64,000 nucleotides of DNA, from contig OZ219790.1 of NCBI GenBank assembly GCA_964291215.2, positions 2,112,001 to 2,176,000 of the forward strand. The letters are read 5' to 3'. Below, piece after piece: positions 33,353 through 44,188 of this stretch. Below the pieces are notes generated by a model. It did not search any database. It had not been told where the DNA came from and was given only the letters and a program-made list of their open reading frames with translations. A program made the translations under genes and the position numbers. The stretch's first letter is position 1, and each line of letters begins with the position of its first letter. The stretch comes from Alphaproteobacteria bacterium. Lineage in GTDB: Bacteria; Pseudomonadota; Alphaproteobacteria; MPNO01; UBA830.

Positions 33353-34363
33353 GTGGAAACCGACCAAGTCGAACCACCGGCCAAACGCCGGATACTCTGC
33401 ATTGATGGTGGCGGGATTCTCGGCACCTTTCCCGCAGTCGTTCTCGCCGGGTTGGAAGACCATGCCGAACACCCTATCGGGGCGTATTTCGACCTGATCG
33501 CCGGCACCTCGACCGGCGGCATCATCGCCCTTGGCGTCGGTCTCGGGCTGCACGCCGCCGATATCCTCGACCTCTACGAGACCAAAGGGCCATCCATCTT
33601 CGGCCAGGACGGCAGCCCGGCCGTCCGCTGGCTCAAGCAGCGCGCCCGCGCCATTGGCCATATCAGCTCATCCAAGTACAACTCCGCGCGCTTGCGCGAA
33701 GCGCTCACCGATGTGCTCGGCGAGCGCCGCATCGGCGAGGCGGGCACAAGGCTGATAATCCCGGCTTGGAATCCCGCTGCCCGCTCGGTCTACATCTACA
33801 AGACCGCGCATCACCCGCGCCTGCAGGTCGATTACAAATCCAAAGCCATCGACGCCGCGCTGGCCACGGCATCGGCACCGACATATTTTCGGGAGCATAT
33901 CACCGTGCATGATGTAGGCCTGATCGACGGCGGCGTCTGGGCCAACAACCCGATCACCATCGCCGCCGTCGAGGCGATCACGCTGCTCGGCTGGGACCCT
34001 GCCAGCCTGCACATTCTGTGCCTAGGCTGCCTAGACGAGGTCTATACCCTGCCTGCCGGCGGCTGGGGATTGCTGAACAAGAAGCTTATCAAGCTGTTCA
34101 TGGACGGCCAGGCGCGCGGCGCCATGGGTATGGCAAAGCTCATAAGCGGCCATGAACACGTGCGCGAAGCGATCCACCGGATCGATCACACGGTCAAATA
34201 CGGCGATTACGCCCTTGACGATACGCGCGCGATTCGCGAGCTCAAGGGACTCGGCTTTGCGCGCGTCCGTGAACGCCTGCCGACAATTCAGCGCGTGTTC
34301 CTGGATGCGCCGGCCGAGCCGTTCGTACCGTGTCATGCGCTTGCGCAGGAGGCCGGCCCATGA
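33353..34363 (+). CDS. capV: patatin-like phospholipase, CBASS effector (CapV-like)
   Basis: DGGGILG, GTSTG, YKTAHH, DGGVWANNP; ATGA overlap with CD-NTase gene. Confidence 0.88.
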   Translation: METDQVEPPAKRRILCIDGGGILGTFPAVVLAGLEDHAEHPIGAYFDLIAGTSTGGIIALGVGLGLHAADILDLYETKGPSIFGQDGSPAVRWLKQRARAIGHISSSKYNSARLREALTDVLGERRIGEAGTRLIIPAWNPAARSVYIYKTAHHPRLQVDYKSKAIDAALATASAPTYFREHITVHDVGLIDGGVWANNPITIAAVEAITLLGWDPASLHILCLGCLDEVYTLPAGGWGLLNKKLIKLFMDGQARGAMGMAKLISGHEHVREAIHRIDHTVKYGDYALDDTRAIRELKGLGFARVRERLPTIQRVFLDAPAEPFVPCHALAQEAGP

Positions 34364-35772
34364 AACTCGTCAGCCTGTTCAATGAATTCCTGGCCGATAC
34401 GGTCAATCTGAACCAATCGCGCATCGACCTGCTCGAACAGCGCGTTGACACTATCTCCACCTACCTGCGCGGCAGCGACTACCAGCCTCGTATCCGGCGC
34501 TTTACCCCGCAGGGATCATGGGCGCACAAAACCATCATCAAACCGCCGGGCGAAAAGGATTTTGACGCCGATCTCCTGGTCATCATCGATGCCGTGGACG
34601 GCTGGTCGGCCACCCAGTATGTTCAGGAGCTATATACCGCCTTCCGGGCCAGCGACACCTACAAGGACATAGTCTCGCGGCGCACGCGCTGCATGAAGCT
34701 GAACTATGCCGGGGATTTCCATCTTGATGTCGTGCCGGTCATCCAGGAGATCGGGCATAACGGCACGCGGTTTTACACCTGCAACCGGCGCGATGACGTT
34801 TTCGAGGAAACCGCGCCCGAGGAATACACGAGCTGGCTTATCTGCAAGAACCGGATCACCGGCGCAAACCAGCTTCGCGAGGTCACCCGGCTCATCAAGT
34901 TCCTTCGCGATACCAAGCGCACCTTTTCCGCCAAGTCCATCCTTCTCGCCACGATGATCGGCATGCAGATCGAGGAGTTTGACGGGTAGCGCCGCGATGA
35001 GCTGTTCCCCGATCTGCCGACCTCTTTGAAGACGGTCATTGGCCGCCTTGATGATTTCCTCCAGGCCCGCCCCGCTATGCCCGTCATCAAAAACCCGGTC
35101 CTTCCGGGTGAGCACTTCAATCGCCATTGGGACCAAGCCAAGTACGAGAATTTCAGGGACAAGATCCATCGCTACCGGCAATGGACCGACGATGCCTACG
35201 CCGAGCCGGATCAGGATGAGAGCATTGCCAAGTGGCGAAGGGTGTTCGGCGATGGCTTTGCCCAGGGCAAGACGGTCAAGGCCGAATCATGCACGCTGGC
35301 ACCGCTATTCACCTTTGCCGACCGCTGGCTCACCGCGCTCCGGGAGCAGGGGCGGGCTATCTTGCGCACCTTCCCGGTCAATCAGGAACATGTCGCCGCC
35401 CCAATGTGGCCGATGGAAAACCGACTCCCGGTTACCATCAGGGCCGGGCAGACAACGTTCAGGAACGGTGAGATTGAGCGCGAGCCGGATTCGGGCACCT
35501 TTGTTCCCACCAACCGCTGGCTACGGTTCACCGCCCACTGCCCCACGGGCATACCGGCGCAATTCAAGGTCTGGTGGCGCGTGGTCAATACCGGCGGCCA
35601 CGCCGCCCGCCTGGGTCAGTTGCGCGGCGGCTTCTGGCCAAGCAAGCCTGCCAACATCCGATGGGAAAAAACCCAGTTCCGCGGCGTGCACTGGGTTGAG
35701 GCGTTCATCGTCAACAGCCGCACCAATTCCTGCGTTGGCAAGAGCGATCCGTTCTTTGTGGTGATCGACTGA
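34360..35772 (+). pseudogene. CD-NTase (SMODS nucleotidyltransferase) fused to AGS-C domain, interrupted by one in-frame TAG at 34987-34989
   Basis: QGSWAHKTIIKP..DFDAD..DVVP before the stop; same frame continues FPDLPTSL..KWRRVFGDGF and WRVVNTG..QLRGGF..HWVEAF. Confidence 0.85.
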
Positions 35773-35776
35773 ACCG

Positions 35777-36122
35777 TTAGCCGTCAATTTCGCCATCCTC
35801 AAAGAAAAAGGCGATTTCGGTCTGCGCGGTTTGCTCACTATCCGAGCCATGAACCGCGTTCTCCTGGATACTCTGTCCAAAGTCCCTGCGAATGGTGCCG
35901 GGGGAGGCTTTGGCCGGATCGGTCTTGCCCATGAGGGCGCGATATCGCCAAACTGCGTTCTCACCGCTTACAAGCTGCACAACGATGCGGCCGCTGGTCA
36001 TGAATGTACAAAGATCGGCGAAGAACGGCTTTTCCTTGTGGACGGCATAGAAAGCCTCGGCCTAGGGACCGGGTCAGCCGAAGCTGCTTTTGCGCGATAA
36101 TCCGGAGCCCGGCTTGCTCGAT
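35777..36122 (-). pseudogene. ndk: nucleoside diphosphate kinase, 5'-truncated by IS256 and frameshifted
   Basis: IEQAGLRIIAQKQL..[+1 nt near 36063]..[32 protein letters not shown]. Confidence 0.9.
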
Positions 36123-36850
36123 GATTACGCAACCTGATGTCTGGAAATTGTCGTGAAGCTGATCGAGCTGTTCCCATTTGATCTTGGTTTCAGTTTCCCA
36201 TTTTTCGTCGATGAGGGCCGCGGTTGAGAGGCGCTCCAACGAGGCGAGGTTCGGAAAGACCCTGACTTTGGAGGTGCGCCGCTTGAGCTCTTGCTGGATC
36301 GGTCGCTCGATGCCGTTCGAGGTTCGCATGCGCTTGCGGTGAGCATCGGGCAAGGTGAAGACAGCGAGCCCCGCATTGTTTTCCAGCCAGTCTGCGAAGC
36401 TTGGATGCTTGTCGCGATAGCTGGCCACGAGGGCGCCCAGTTCAGCCTCGGCGGTTTGGAGTGAGGAGGCGTGGCTCTGAGCTGTTTTCCAATACGTTTC
36501 CTGATGTCGTTGTTCGGTGCACGGCGTTTGTGCCAGGTGGAATTGGCAGCGCTGCCATGTCGCCGCGCCCAGCACCGCGCGTCGTGCCGCTTTCAACCCG
36601 GCATCCGAGACGATGAAGGTCGTACCATGCAGGGCTTGCAAGCTTTCCAGGAAGGCTCTCCAATGGACCTCGGCCTCGGAGAGCGCCACAGAGAGCCCCA
36701 GAACGTGCCTACGCTTGTCAGTCCCTATTCCGATGGCCGAGAGCACTGCAACATCGCGCACAACGCCGTCATGTCGGGCTTTTTCATAGCGCGCATCCAG
36801 GATCAGGTATTTCATCAGGGGCCGGTTGCGCGGCGAGTTCTTCTTCGAGC
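36123..36850 (-). mobile_element. IS256 3' half
   Basis: Near-identical to 1650-2360; ends at a 30-bp IS66 end (36851-36880). Confidence 0.9.
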
Positions 36851-36881
36851 GTAACTGCTCACCCCCTGGTTCCGGCTTGAG

Positions 36882-37235
36882 GTACTGTAACTTGATGTCT
36901 GGAAATTTGTCTGAGGTTTGCGCTTTGAGGCGTTTCACTGGGGGGGGGGGGGGGCTAGCCCCCCCCCCCCCAGTGAAACGCGGCGCCATCGTACTATCCC
37001 ATGGAGTTGTAAACATTCATGGAGAAAGCGAATGGACCTGCGACACACTACGACGATCGGGACTGTTTTGGAACATCTGATCGCAAACGGAGCAACGGAT
37101 CTGGGGCGGGTCTTTGGCCAGCTCTTCGAGCTTGCGATGCAAATCGAGCGCGAGCAGTACTTGAAAGCGGGCCACCGGACGCCGGAGCGACAGGGCTATG
37201 CCAACGGCTACAAGCGGATCGACACCCCGTCGGGA
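36882..37235 (+). mobile_element. IS256 5' part in opposite orientation
   Basis: Reverse complement of ~2540-2869. Confidence 0.85.
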
Positions 37236-37261
37236 CTGTTAGGTTCCTCGCCAAAATAGAT

Positions 37262-38480
37262 CCCCACTTCCAGTCTGAAGTGCAACACCCGGCCCTCATC
37301 GCAGTGAGGGCGTAGCCCGAACGGAGATGAGGGCCGGGTGTTGCACAAGTTTTCCCCCTTTGCCCCTCTCGATTCCGCCTGAGAACAGCTTCAGTTCCTT
37401 CAATATCGAGCTTATGCAACGCCTTTGTCGGCTTCAAGCCACTATTTCCCCGTCGCGCGGCATGGACCCTGCTGCACGTTGCGGCTTTGGAACATGGCGC
37501 AGATGGTCAGGGCGGTTTCACTTCAAGATTACCTCCGTCGGCGATCCCAGGACTTTCCGAGTGTTGAGCCGATCCTGCACCTTCTGAACATCTTCGTTGC
37601 ATGTCGCGCGAAAGTCCGTGCCCTTCGGGAAGTATTCCCGCACCAGGCCGTTGGTGTGCTCATTCAAGCCGCGCTCCCAAGAGTGGAAAGGCGAAGAAGA
37701 AATCTGCGTCAAGTGCTTCAGCGACACGCCTGTGGTCTGCGAACTCCGTTGTCTGACGTGATTGTGTGGACCAATAGCGCACCAGAGCCGAGCAGGCGGA
37801 TCATGACCGAACCAACCGTGTCTTTCTGTCCACCCAGCAAGGTGTATTTCGTGGCACGAGCGACACGACAGTTCCACTGTGAGCTTTGCCGATGATGGTT
37901 CCCAGTCGCCGACCCGTTCCTTTGCCTCCGCAGGGCGCTCGGAAATGTCCACCCGGCCGGAATGGCATCCGCCCTTCCAGTTCGGCTTCTTGCCGCGCCG
38001 CCGAAGCTTCTTCCACAAGACGCCCCCGGCTCTCCGATCTTCGGCGATCATGGATCCGTTGCCGACCCACGGCCTTCCAGTCGGAAACGGCCGCTGATCT
38101 GCTCGGGGCCCTCCCGCAGCTTTTTCTGAGCTTCAACCCGAGGCGTCAACCGCCAAGAAACAGACGAGGCGGCCCTGCGGCGCGTTTCTGCCATCCTTTG
38201 CGCCTGCTTGTGACGGTAACCCCGTCCCCCGGTGTTGCGCTTGATCTCCCGGAAAATTGTTGATCGGCCCAGCTGCCGAGCAATCGCACCTTGTGAAAGA
38301 CCGCTTTTCTGCCTCAATCTGGCATCGCTCTTCGTAGGTGACGGTAGCCTTTGGACATGAACAAGCTCCCTCCATCTTGTACAGGAACTTTCGCCGCTGC
38401 TGGACAGCTCCGCAACATCATGCGTCTAAAAACACATGGCCACAGCCCATCATGTGTTGCACTTCACTATGGAACGGGGG
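37262..38480 (-). mobile_element. IS30-family element, degenerate
   Basis: Reverse complement of 28179-29369, both TIRs present. Confidence 0.92.
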
Positions 38481-38837
38481 ATCCAAAGTAGCAGCCGCTT
38501 CTCCAGAGTCAGCGCGCCGACCTGCATGACCACCGGAATTGTCAGCAGGGCGTCGTAGAGAGGGGTGATACCAGCGGCCACAGATAAGAACCGATAGGCC
38601 TCTCCCGGCGGAGGTTACCCCTTACGAAACGAGGCCTTGGCTCAGGGGTCGGGCTGCGAAGGGAGGCTCTACTATCGGTTCCAATCAACGACCGGTGGTA
38701 TGAGTTGTTGATCACCAGCGCTGCAGCGGCCACATCAACAACACGCCGCCGGCGGCTTCGTGCTTCAGCAGCGCCGATAGGCGGGTGAGCGGTTTCGGAA
38801 TTGGCACACCATTTGACCTGAACGAAGTTTCGCCAAG

Positions 38838-39482
38838 CTAAATTCCGTGAAACGGCTGCAACAAACGCGGGATCGGCGCCCGAAACTCAAGCCGCGCATC
38901 GGTTACCGCAAGGCAGATGCAGTCTTCCTCCGGGCCCGCCACGGGACGATGCACGATCGAAGGGTCGGCAATCCCGACATCGCCGCGCCGATACCATGAA
39001 CCCCGGTCGTAGAACGACCCGGCAAGAACCAGTGTCGTCTCGAACCCGCGATGGCCGTGGTCAGGAACGCTCCGGCCGGCCGGTATTGACAAGAGCCGCG
39101 CTGTCATCCTCGTGGCGCCCGCCTTGAGAGGAATTTGGCGGATACCGCCGCCGACTGTGCGCCATCGGAGTCCGACGGCATAGTCGCGCAGCGGCTGCGG
39201 CAGCACGAACGGCTCGGCCCCCGCCAGATGATCGACAGCGCCGAGGTCGTCTTCCCGGTCCAGACCGTCGAATATCGTCCAGAGCATGGCCTCGTCCACT
39301 GCGGCGCTGGCCGGCGCACAGTCGATCATCGCGCCACCGACGGCCTCGACCAGTTTCAGACCAGTTCGGCAGACCTGGCACAGCGCAAGATGGGTTGCGA
39401 CAAGCAGTGACATCGCCTCGTCAAGTGTTCCCGCCCCATAGGCGAGCAGCAAATCGTCGCTGACATGATGCTCGATCGTCAT
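38838..39482 (-). CDS. chrR: anti-sigma factor ChrR
   Basis: HHVSDDLLLAY..HLALCQVC zinc anti-sigma domain plus cupin (PDHGHRGFETTLVL..HRP..CICL). Confidence 0.93.
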   Translation of the reverse strand: MTIEHHVSDDLLLAYGAGTLDEAMSLLVATHLALCQVCRTGLKLVEAVGGAMIDCAPASAAVDEAMLWTIFDGLDREDDLGAVDHLAGAEPFVLPQPLRDYAVGLRWRTVGGGIRQIPLKAGATRMTARLLSIPAGRSVPDHGHRGFETTLVLAGSFYDRGSWYRRGDVGIADPSIVHRPVAGPEEDCICLAVTDARLEFRAPIPRLLQPFHGI

Positions 39483-40156
39483 TGCAGTGCCTCCCGATTC
39501 GGGCCGAGTTCGGCGCGCAATTTTCGGAACGCGAGCCGGGCTCGCGACTTCACGGTCCCCGGTGGAATCCCGAGCCTGATCGCGATCGCTTGGTAGCTTT
39601 CACCTTCGTAGAACGACAACCTCAAGACCTCGCGCTGGTCCTCACTCAGGACGGAAAGGGCCGCCTGGACAGCGTCCGCCCGCTCCTGTGCGGCGAGCGC
39701 CTGTTCGCCATCGGGCAAGGAATCGGACCGAAAGGCCGGGTCTTTGGGGTCAAATTCCGGCCGGCGGTCACGACGGAACGCGTCGATCCGCTGGTTGCGG
39801 GCGATGGCGAAGATCCATGCCGCCGCCGTTGCGCGCCGGCTATCATACAGGTGCGCCTTGCGCCAGACTTTGGCGAAGATATCCTGAAGTACATCTTCAA
39901 CCTTGCCCGCGTCGCTGCCGCCACGAACCAGCCAGGCCCCTAGCCTGGGGCCGAAATGACGGAACAGAGCCGCGAAGGCTTCGCGGTCCCTGTGCTCGGC
40001 GACAGCAACCAGCCGGGCCGACATGTCGTCAACCGGGCCATCGGGCAGCTCCGTTCCAGGCGTCGCACACGGCATCGAATGCCCGGCGACCGCCGGAGCC
40101 GTATCCGGGAGCGGTTGGCCGCTTGAAAAATCAACTACCTTTCCGGCGTTTGTCAT
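39479..40156 (-). CDS. rpoE: ECF sigma factor RpoE (ChrR-controlled, ECF11 type)
   Basis: AFAALFRHFGPRL, WIFAIARNQRID, LGIPPGTVKSR; overlaps chrR; exact start uncertain. Confidence 0.9.
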   Translation of the reverse strand: MTNAGKVVDFSSGQPLPDTAPAVAGHSMPCATPGTELPDGPVDDMSARLVAVAEHRDREAFAALFRHFGPRLGAWLVRGGSDAGKVEDVLQDIFAKVWRKAHLYDSRRATAAAWIFAIARNQRIDAFRRDRRPEFDPKDPAFRSDSLPDGEQALAAQERADAVQAALSVLSEDQREVLRLSFYEGESYQAIAIRLGIPPGTVKSRARLAFRKLRAELGPNREALQ

Positions 40157-40165
40157 ACTCACCTA

Positions 40166-40191
40166 TACGAACCCAGTATCCCTGCGGATCA
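40166..40191 (-). promoter_or_regulatory. sigmaE-type promoter of rpoE-chrR
   Basis: TGATCC-N15-TCGTA, about 10 nt before the ATG at 40156. Confidence 0.8.
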
Positions 40192-40216
40192 CCCCTTCCC
40201 GTCCGCCACCGTGATC

Positions 40217-40312
40217 CACTCGACGATCCCAGACTGATGAGACGCAAAATCCGAATGCGTTGGGGCTCGCATCATCACAGATCGCTTCCTTAATCGCAAT
40301 TTTTGTGCCGAG
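40217..40312 (+). mobile_element. MITE copy 4, truncated by IS66
   Basis: 5' half of MITE then gtaactgctcacccc. Confidence 0.8.
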
Positions 40313-41848
40313 GTAACTGCTCACCCCCTGGTTCCGGCTTGATGTCGGGGTAGAGTAACGAACGGGTTTTCGTGGAGATTTGACACTGCATGCCGATTCG
40401 TTTAGTGGTGGTCATCGAGAACGACGGGGACCGCCAGTGGGCTACTTTGGATCGAAGGCGACGAGCGGGCTGTGCCAGCCACTTCCGGGGCTCCAGCCTC
40501 CGCATGATCTGTATGTGGAAACGCATCTCGGAGGCGGCGCGCTGATGAAGCGCAAGGCCGGGCGGCGGAGTACCGAAAAATGCCGCCGGGCGAACGCCAG
40601 GCGATGCTCGCAACGATCATGACCGTCGAGGCCGGGTGATGGCGACGGTCAACGCGGCGTCGCTGCGCGAGGAGTTCGAAGCGGCCAAGACCGCGGCGCT
40701 GCCGGCAAGGTGTCGGAAGAGGCCGTGATCCGCGTCCGCGTCCTCCTGCTCGACATCCTCATCGTCGTCCTTCTGGAGAAGACCACGCACGAGCCGGAAC
40801 TCCGGTCTGCCGCCGTCACAGACGGACAAGAGCGTGCCGGGAGCAACGGCCCGAAGCCGAACCAGCAGATGGGCGACAACCTGCGCAGGACCATCGTCGA
40901 GGAGACGGTCGCGGCCTGCGGCGCCGACGGCGTCGACGGCCCCGTCGATCGGGAGCGCCGCACGACATCGTGTTCGAGGTCGCGCCGCGTCGACGCCGAG
41001 GAATGCCCGAAGTGCAAGGCCCGGTTCCCCGACAACATCCCGTGCAGTACGGCATCCAGGCCCTCGTCATCAACCTGCTGGTCGCCCAGATGCTGTCCCT
41101 GCGCCGTCGCGCTCGTGCAGGCGATCTCCGGCATCAAGCTCTCCGAGGCCTCGGCCATGCTTTCACGATGCGTCATGGGAGGAGGCCACCGTGGCGCACC
41201 TCCTGCAACGCCCGATGTCGACGATTTCGGATCAACGGCAAGCGGCTCCATGTCGTCGGGACGTGCAAGTTCCCGCACCGCAAGCAAGAGATCGGCATCA
41301 TCCCGTGCTACAAGGGCGTCCTGGGCCTCGTACATGGCAGTGTAGCCACCAGCGGCAGCCACCTGCTGCGCGAACTGACCTTTGTCGTCGAGGCTACCGC
41401 GCGACTTATGAAGAGCCTGCTCCCTGCCACAAGGTCAACAAGAGCGCATCCGAGACCCTGAACGACGCCGGACCGTGCGCAAGCGCTACCGCACCATCAG
41501 GGCGCCAGGGAACTGCCCGATATCCCGACGAAAGGAAAACGCATCGCAAACGCGCACAACCTGCACGAACGTCTCGTGAAACACGAAAACCTGCGCTTCA
41601 CAGACGACCCCAACGCCAGCTTCACCAACAATGCCGGAGAACAGAAGATCAGGATGGCAAAGGTCAAGGTGTCCGGATGCTTCCGCTCCACGCAAAAGCA
41701 TGGTGCCGAGGCTCAAGCTACCTCACCTCCATGGCCGCACTCGGCTACAACCCACTCGTCGCCATCCAGATCGCCCTCGACGGAAAAGCCGCAGACATCA
41801 TCAACGAGCACTATGGCCAATCAGAACCCAACAAGGGGTGAGTAGATA
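40313..41848 (+). mobile_element. IS66-family element with internally deleted methyltransferase gene, degenerate
   Basis: Reverse complement of 30745-32249; MTase tail ..ATIMTVEAG* overlaps (TGATG) the tnpC start MATVNAASLREEF. Confidence 0.88.
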
Positions 41849-42000
41849 AGGCTATCAGCCAAAATCCTCCTTGGGGGAGGATCGGGCGCTTGCCGTGGCT
41901 GCCGGCATGGAACAGCCTTTTGGCTTGGGACGCCTTCATGGTCTGCCATGGAGCCCCATCCCCTGCGGCCGGACAGGCACCATGAGCGCAAGCTTCTCGG

Positions 42001-42070
42001 ACTTGCTTGACGGCCGGGGGGGGGGGGTAGACTTCGCGTCCGTGATAGAATCGGGAGGAATTTGCAACGG
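42001..42070 (+). promoter_or_regulatory. poly-G promoter/leader cassette copy 1 (start codon ACG)
   Basis: TTGACG-gcc-G12-TAGACT...GGAGGA-atttgca-ACG. Confidence 0.5.
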
Positions 42071-42419
42071 CCGTTTCCGGCACCTGCCCGAGGCCCATCG
42101 TCACGATGCTGCTCGCGCACAGGATGCCCTCGACGCCATCCCGACCGCACCCGAACCCTGAACCGGAAGCAACGAAACCCAACCGTCGGAACCGGCACCG
42201 GCCCACGACGCAACGCAGCATCTTGCCCGAGTCCCGGAATTCCTTGCAGCTTCGGCCTGCACGACCCCGTACCGTCGCCCAAGTAACCCGTGAAGACTAC
42301 CGATTCAGCCCCGGATCTCCACCACTCTGATCCTGTCTCCGACAAAAAAATGTTCCTGGGCCCGGATCGCCACCAGGTCCGACCCGGATCGGGCGAGACC
42401 GCCGCCACCCACACGCGGG

Positions 42420-43817
42420 TCAGTTCTTGTGGGCACCGAAGGCACCGTCCATATGGCCCACGGCTCCGTATTGCGCACTGAACTGGCCGTGGATGCCGGT
42501 CGGTTGGCTGTCGGCGCCCGGCGTCCCCTTGCTGTCGTTGAATTGGTGGGCCCAACCGCCGTAATGCGGTACGAGCCTCGCACCCTTCACCGCGCCGATG
42601 GTCCAGCTCGTCCGGCCGCCCTGCCCGAATCTGTCTGTCCCGGTGATGGCGGCCTGCTCCAGATCGACCTTCCAGTCGCGGCTCTCCCCGTCCACCATGA
42701 ACTCGGTGATCGTGCCCGTGACCGTCCCGAGCGCTGTGGCGTCGCCGAAGGCGGCGGTCACCGTGGCCTTGGCCGTCCACTCGCCGCCCTCGTCGGTCAG
42801 GGCATACATGCCGGCCGCCGCCCCCGCGTAGCTCGCCGTGCCTGTCGCCACGGCCGGGGCACCGACCGCAACGACCTGTATCCATCGGTCGTCGTCGGTA
42901 TCCCAATACTGGACACCAGCCAACTCCTCGAAGGCCTGCGTGTCGGCCTGCTTGTCCTTCAGCAGCCACCAGCCGAAGACCGTGTGCCTGTCGTCCGCTG
43001 TGCCCGAGACCGGTGCCTCGAGGTCCGAGTAGAGGACGACGGTGTGTTCGTATCTGTCGTCGCTGCCGGTCGCACGGGTGCCGGCCCATCCGTGGAGGGC
43101 AGGGAGCTTCACCGACGTCAGGGGGAGCCGGATCTCCTCCGCCTCCTCGTTCTCTTCGGCGCTGATCGTGAAGCCCAGCGCCTCGTCGTGCACCGCCGAG
43201 GTGAAGAACCAGTAGTGGCTGTCGATTTGGCTGGACCGGGCGCCCGCCTCCTGATCGAAGAGGAGTTGGTTGGAACCTTGGCCCGCGCCCACAGCTCTGT
43301 CCTTGAGCGCGGCGAACAGCTTGGCGACCTCCGGGGAAGGTGTTGCCGGACGGGTCGTGTCGTCAGCCGGAGGGGTTTCGTCGTCCGGAGGGGTTCCGCC
43401 AGCCGGAGGGGTTCCGCCAGCCGGAGGGGTTCCGCCAGCCGGAGGGGTTCCGCCAGCCGGAGGGGTTCCGCCAGCCGGAGGGGTTCCGCCAGCCGGAGGG
43501 GTTCCGCCAGCCGGAGGCGTCAGCGTCACCGTCGGCATACCGCCGGTGAAGGTGGCCGTCTTGTCGTCAGCGACGGTGACCGTGCAGGCCTCGCCGCCAG
43601 CCGGGCAGCTGTAGGTGACACCGCCGAGCCTCCCGCTTTCGCCAGCGGCAACCGTCAGAGTCCCGGCCTTGATCACGGCATCATCAAGGCTGGACAGGTC
43701 CAGGGGCTTCGCTACAGGCGCCTTCATGTCCGGCGTCCCCGACGACCCGCCGCAGCCTTCGAGTGCCAGACCCGTAGCGACCATCGCCGCCAGGGCCGCA
43801 TCTTTCATCCTTCTCAT
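42420..43817 (-). CDS. surface lipoprotein with GGTPPA repeats and TbpB-like C-terminal barrel
   Basis: [10 protein letters not shown] lipobox; [12 protein letters not shown]; [24 protein letters not shown]. Confidence 0.8.
   Translation of the reverse strand: MRRMKDAALAAMVATGLALEGCGGSSGTPDMKAPVAKPLDLSSLDDAVIKAGTLTVAAGESGRLGGVTYSCPAGGEACTVTVADDKTATFTGGMPTVTLTPPAGGTPPAGGTPPAGGTPPAGGTPPAGGTPPAGGTPPAGGTPPDDETPPADDTTRPATPSPEVAKLFAALKDRAVGAGQGSNQLLFDQEAGARSSQIDSHYWFFTSAVHDEALGFTISAEENEEAEEIRLPLTSVKLPALHGWAGTRATGSDDRYEHTVVLYSDLEAPVSGTADDRHTVFGWWLLKDKQADTQAFEELAGVQYWDTDDDRWIQVVAVGAPAVATGTASYAGAAAGMYALTDEGGEWTAKATVTAAFGDATALGTVTGTITEFMVDGESRDWKVDLEQAAITGTDRFGQGGRTSWTIGAVKGARLVPHYGGWAHQFNDSKGTPGADSQPTGIHGQFSAQYGAVGHMDGAFGAHKN
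43387..43512 (-). repeat. 7 exact 18-bp tandem repeats encoding (A)GGTPP
   Basis: ggaggggttccgccagcc x7 plus a variant unit at 43369-43386. Confidence 0.95.
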
Positions 43818-43879
43818 CGAAACCTTCTCCTTCTCTCAGATCGGACCGACCGGGAAACCGTTTGAACCGTTCCCGTGGC

Positions 43880-44188
43880 CTGCCCCTGCCGCCGGTCAGT
43901 CTGTCGGCCTGTCGGCACCCCGGGCCGCCGAACAGACGGTTGTTGCCCGCACCGCCATCGACCGTGTCGTCCCCGTCGCCGCCATACAGCGTGTCGTGGC
44001 CCGCGCCGCCCGAAAGCGTGTCATCGTCCGACACTGCCGGGGTTCATGGGGAGAAAGTACGCGTCGGCACCCGCGCTTGCGGTTCCGCCCGTCAGCGCGT
44101 CGTCGCCGTCGCCACCCGTCAGGATGTCGTCGCCGAGACAACCCGTCAGGGTGTCGTCGCCCGCACCGCCGGTCCGCTCGATAGCCAT
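43880..44188 (-). pseudogene. RTX calcium-binding repeat protein, frameshifted remnant
   Basis: [50 protein letters not shown]; GGAGGAG RBS. Confidence 0.75.

Noticed and set aside
34987-34989. Genome-wide TAG recoding or pyrrolysine
   Set aside because: TAG terminates glnE, the PaaK-like, MetE-like, cupin and lipoprotein genes at expected C-termini; no pyl genes in the window
35961-37016. 351-aa ORF as an intact IS256 transposase
   Set aside because: Chimera crossing an inverted IS256 end, an IS66 end, a deleted transposase and ndk
43387-43512. CRISPR array
   Set aside because: Contiguous in-frame repeats without spacers; no cas genes
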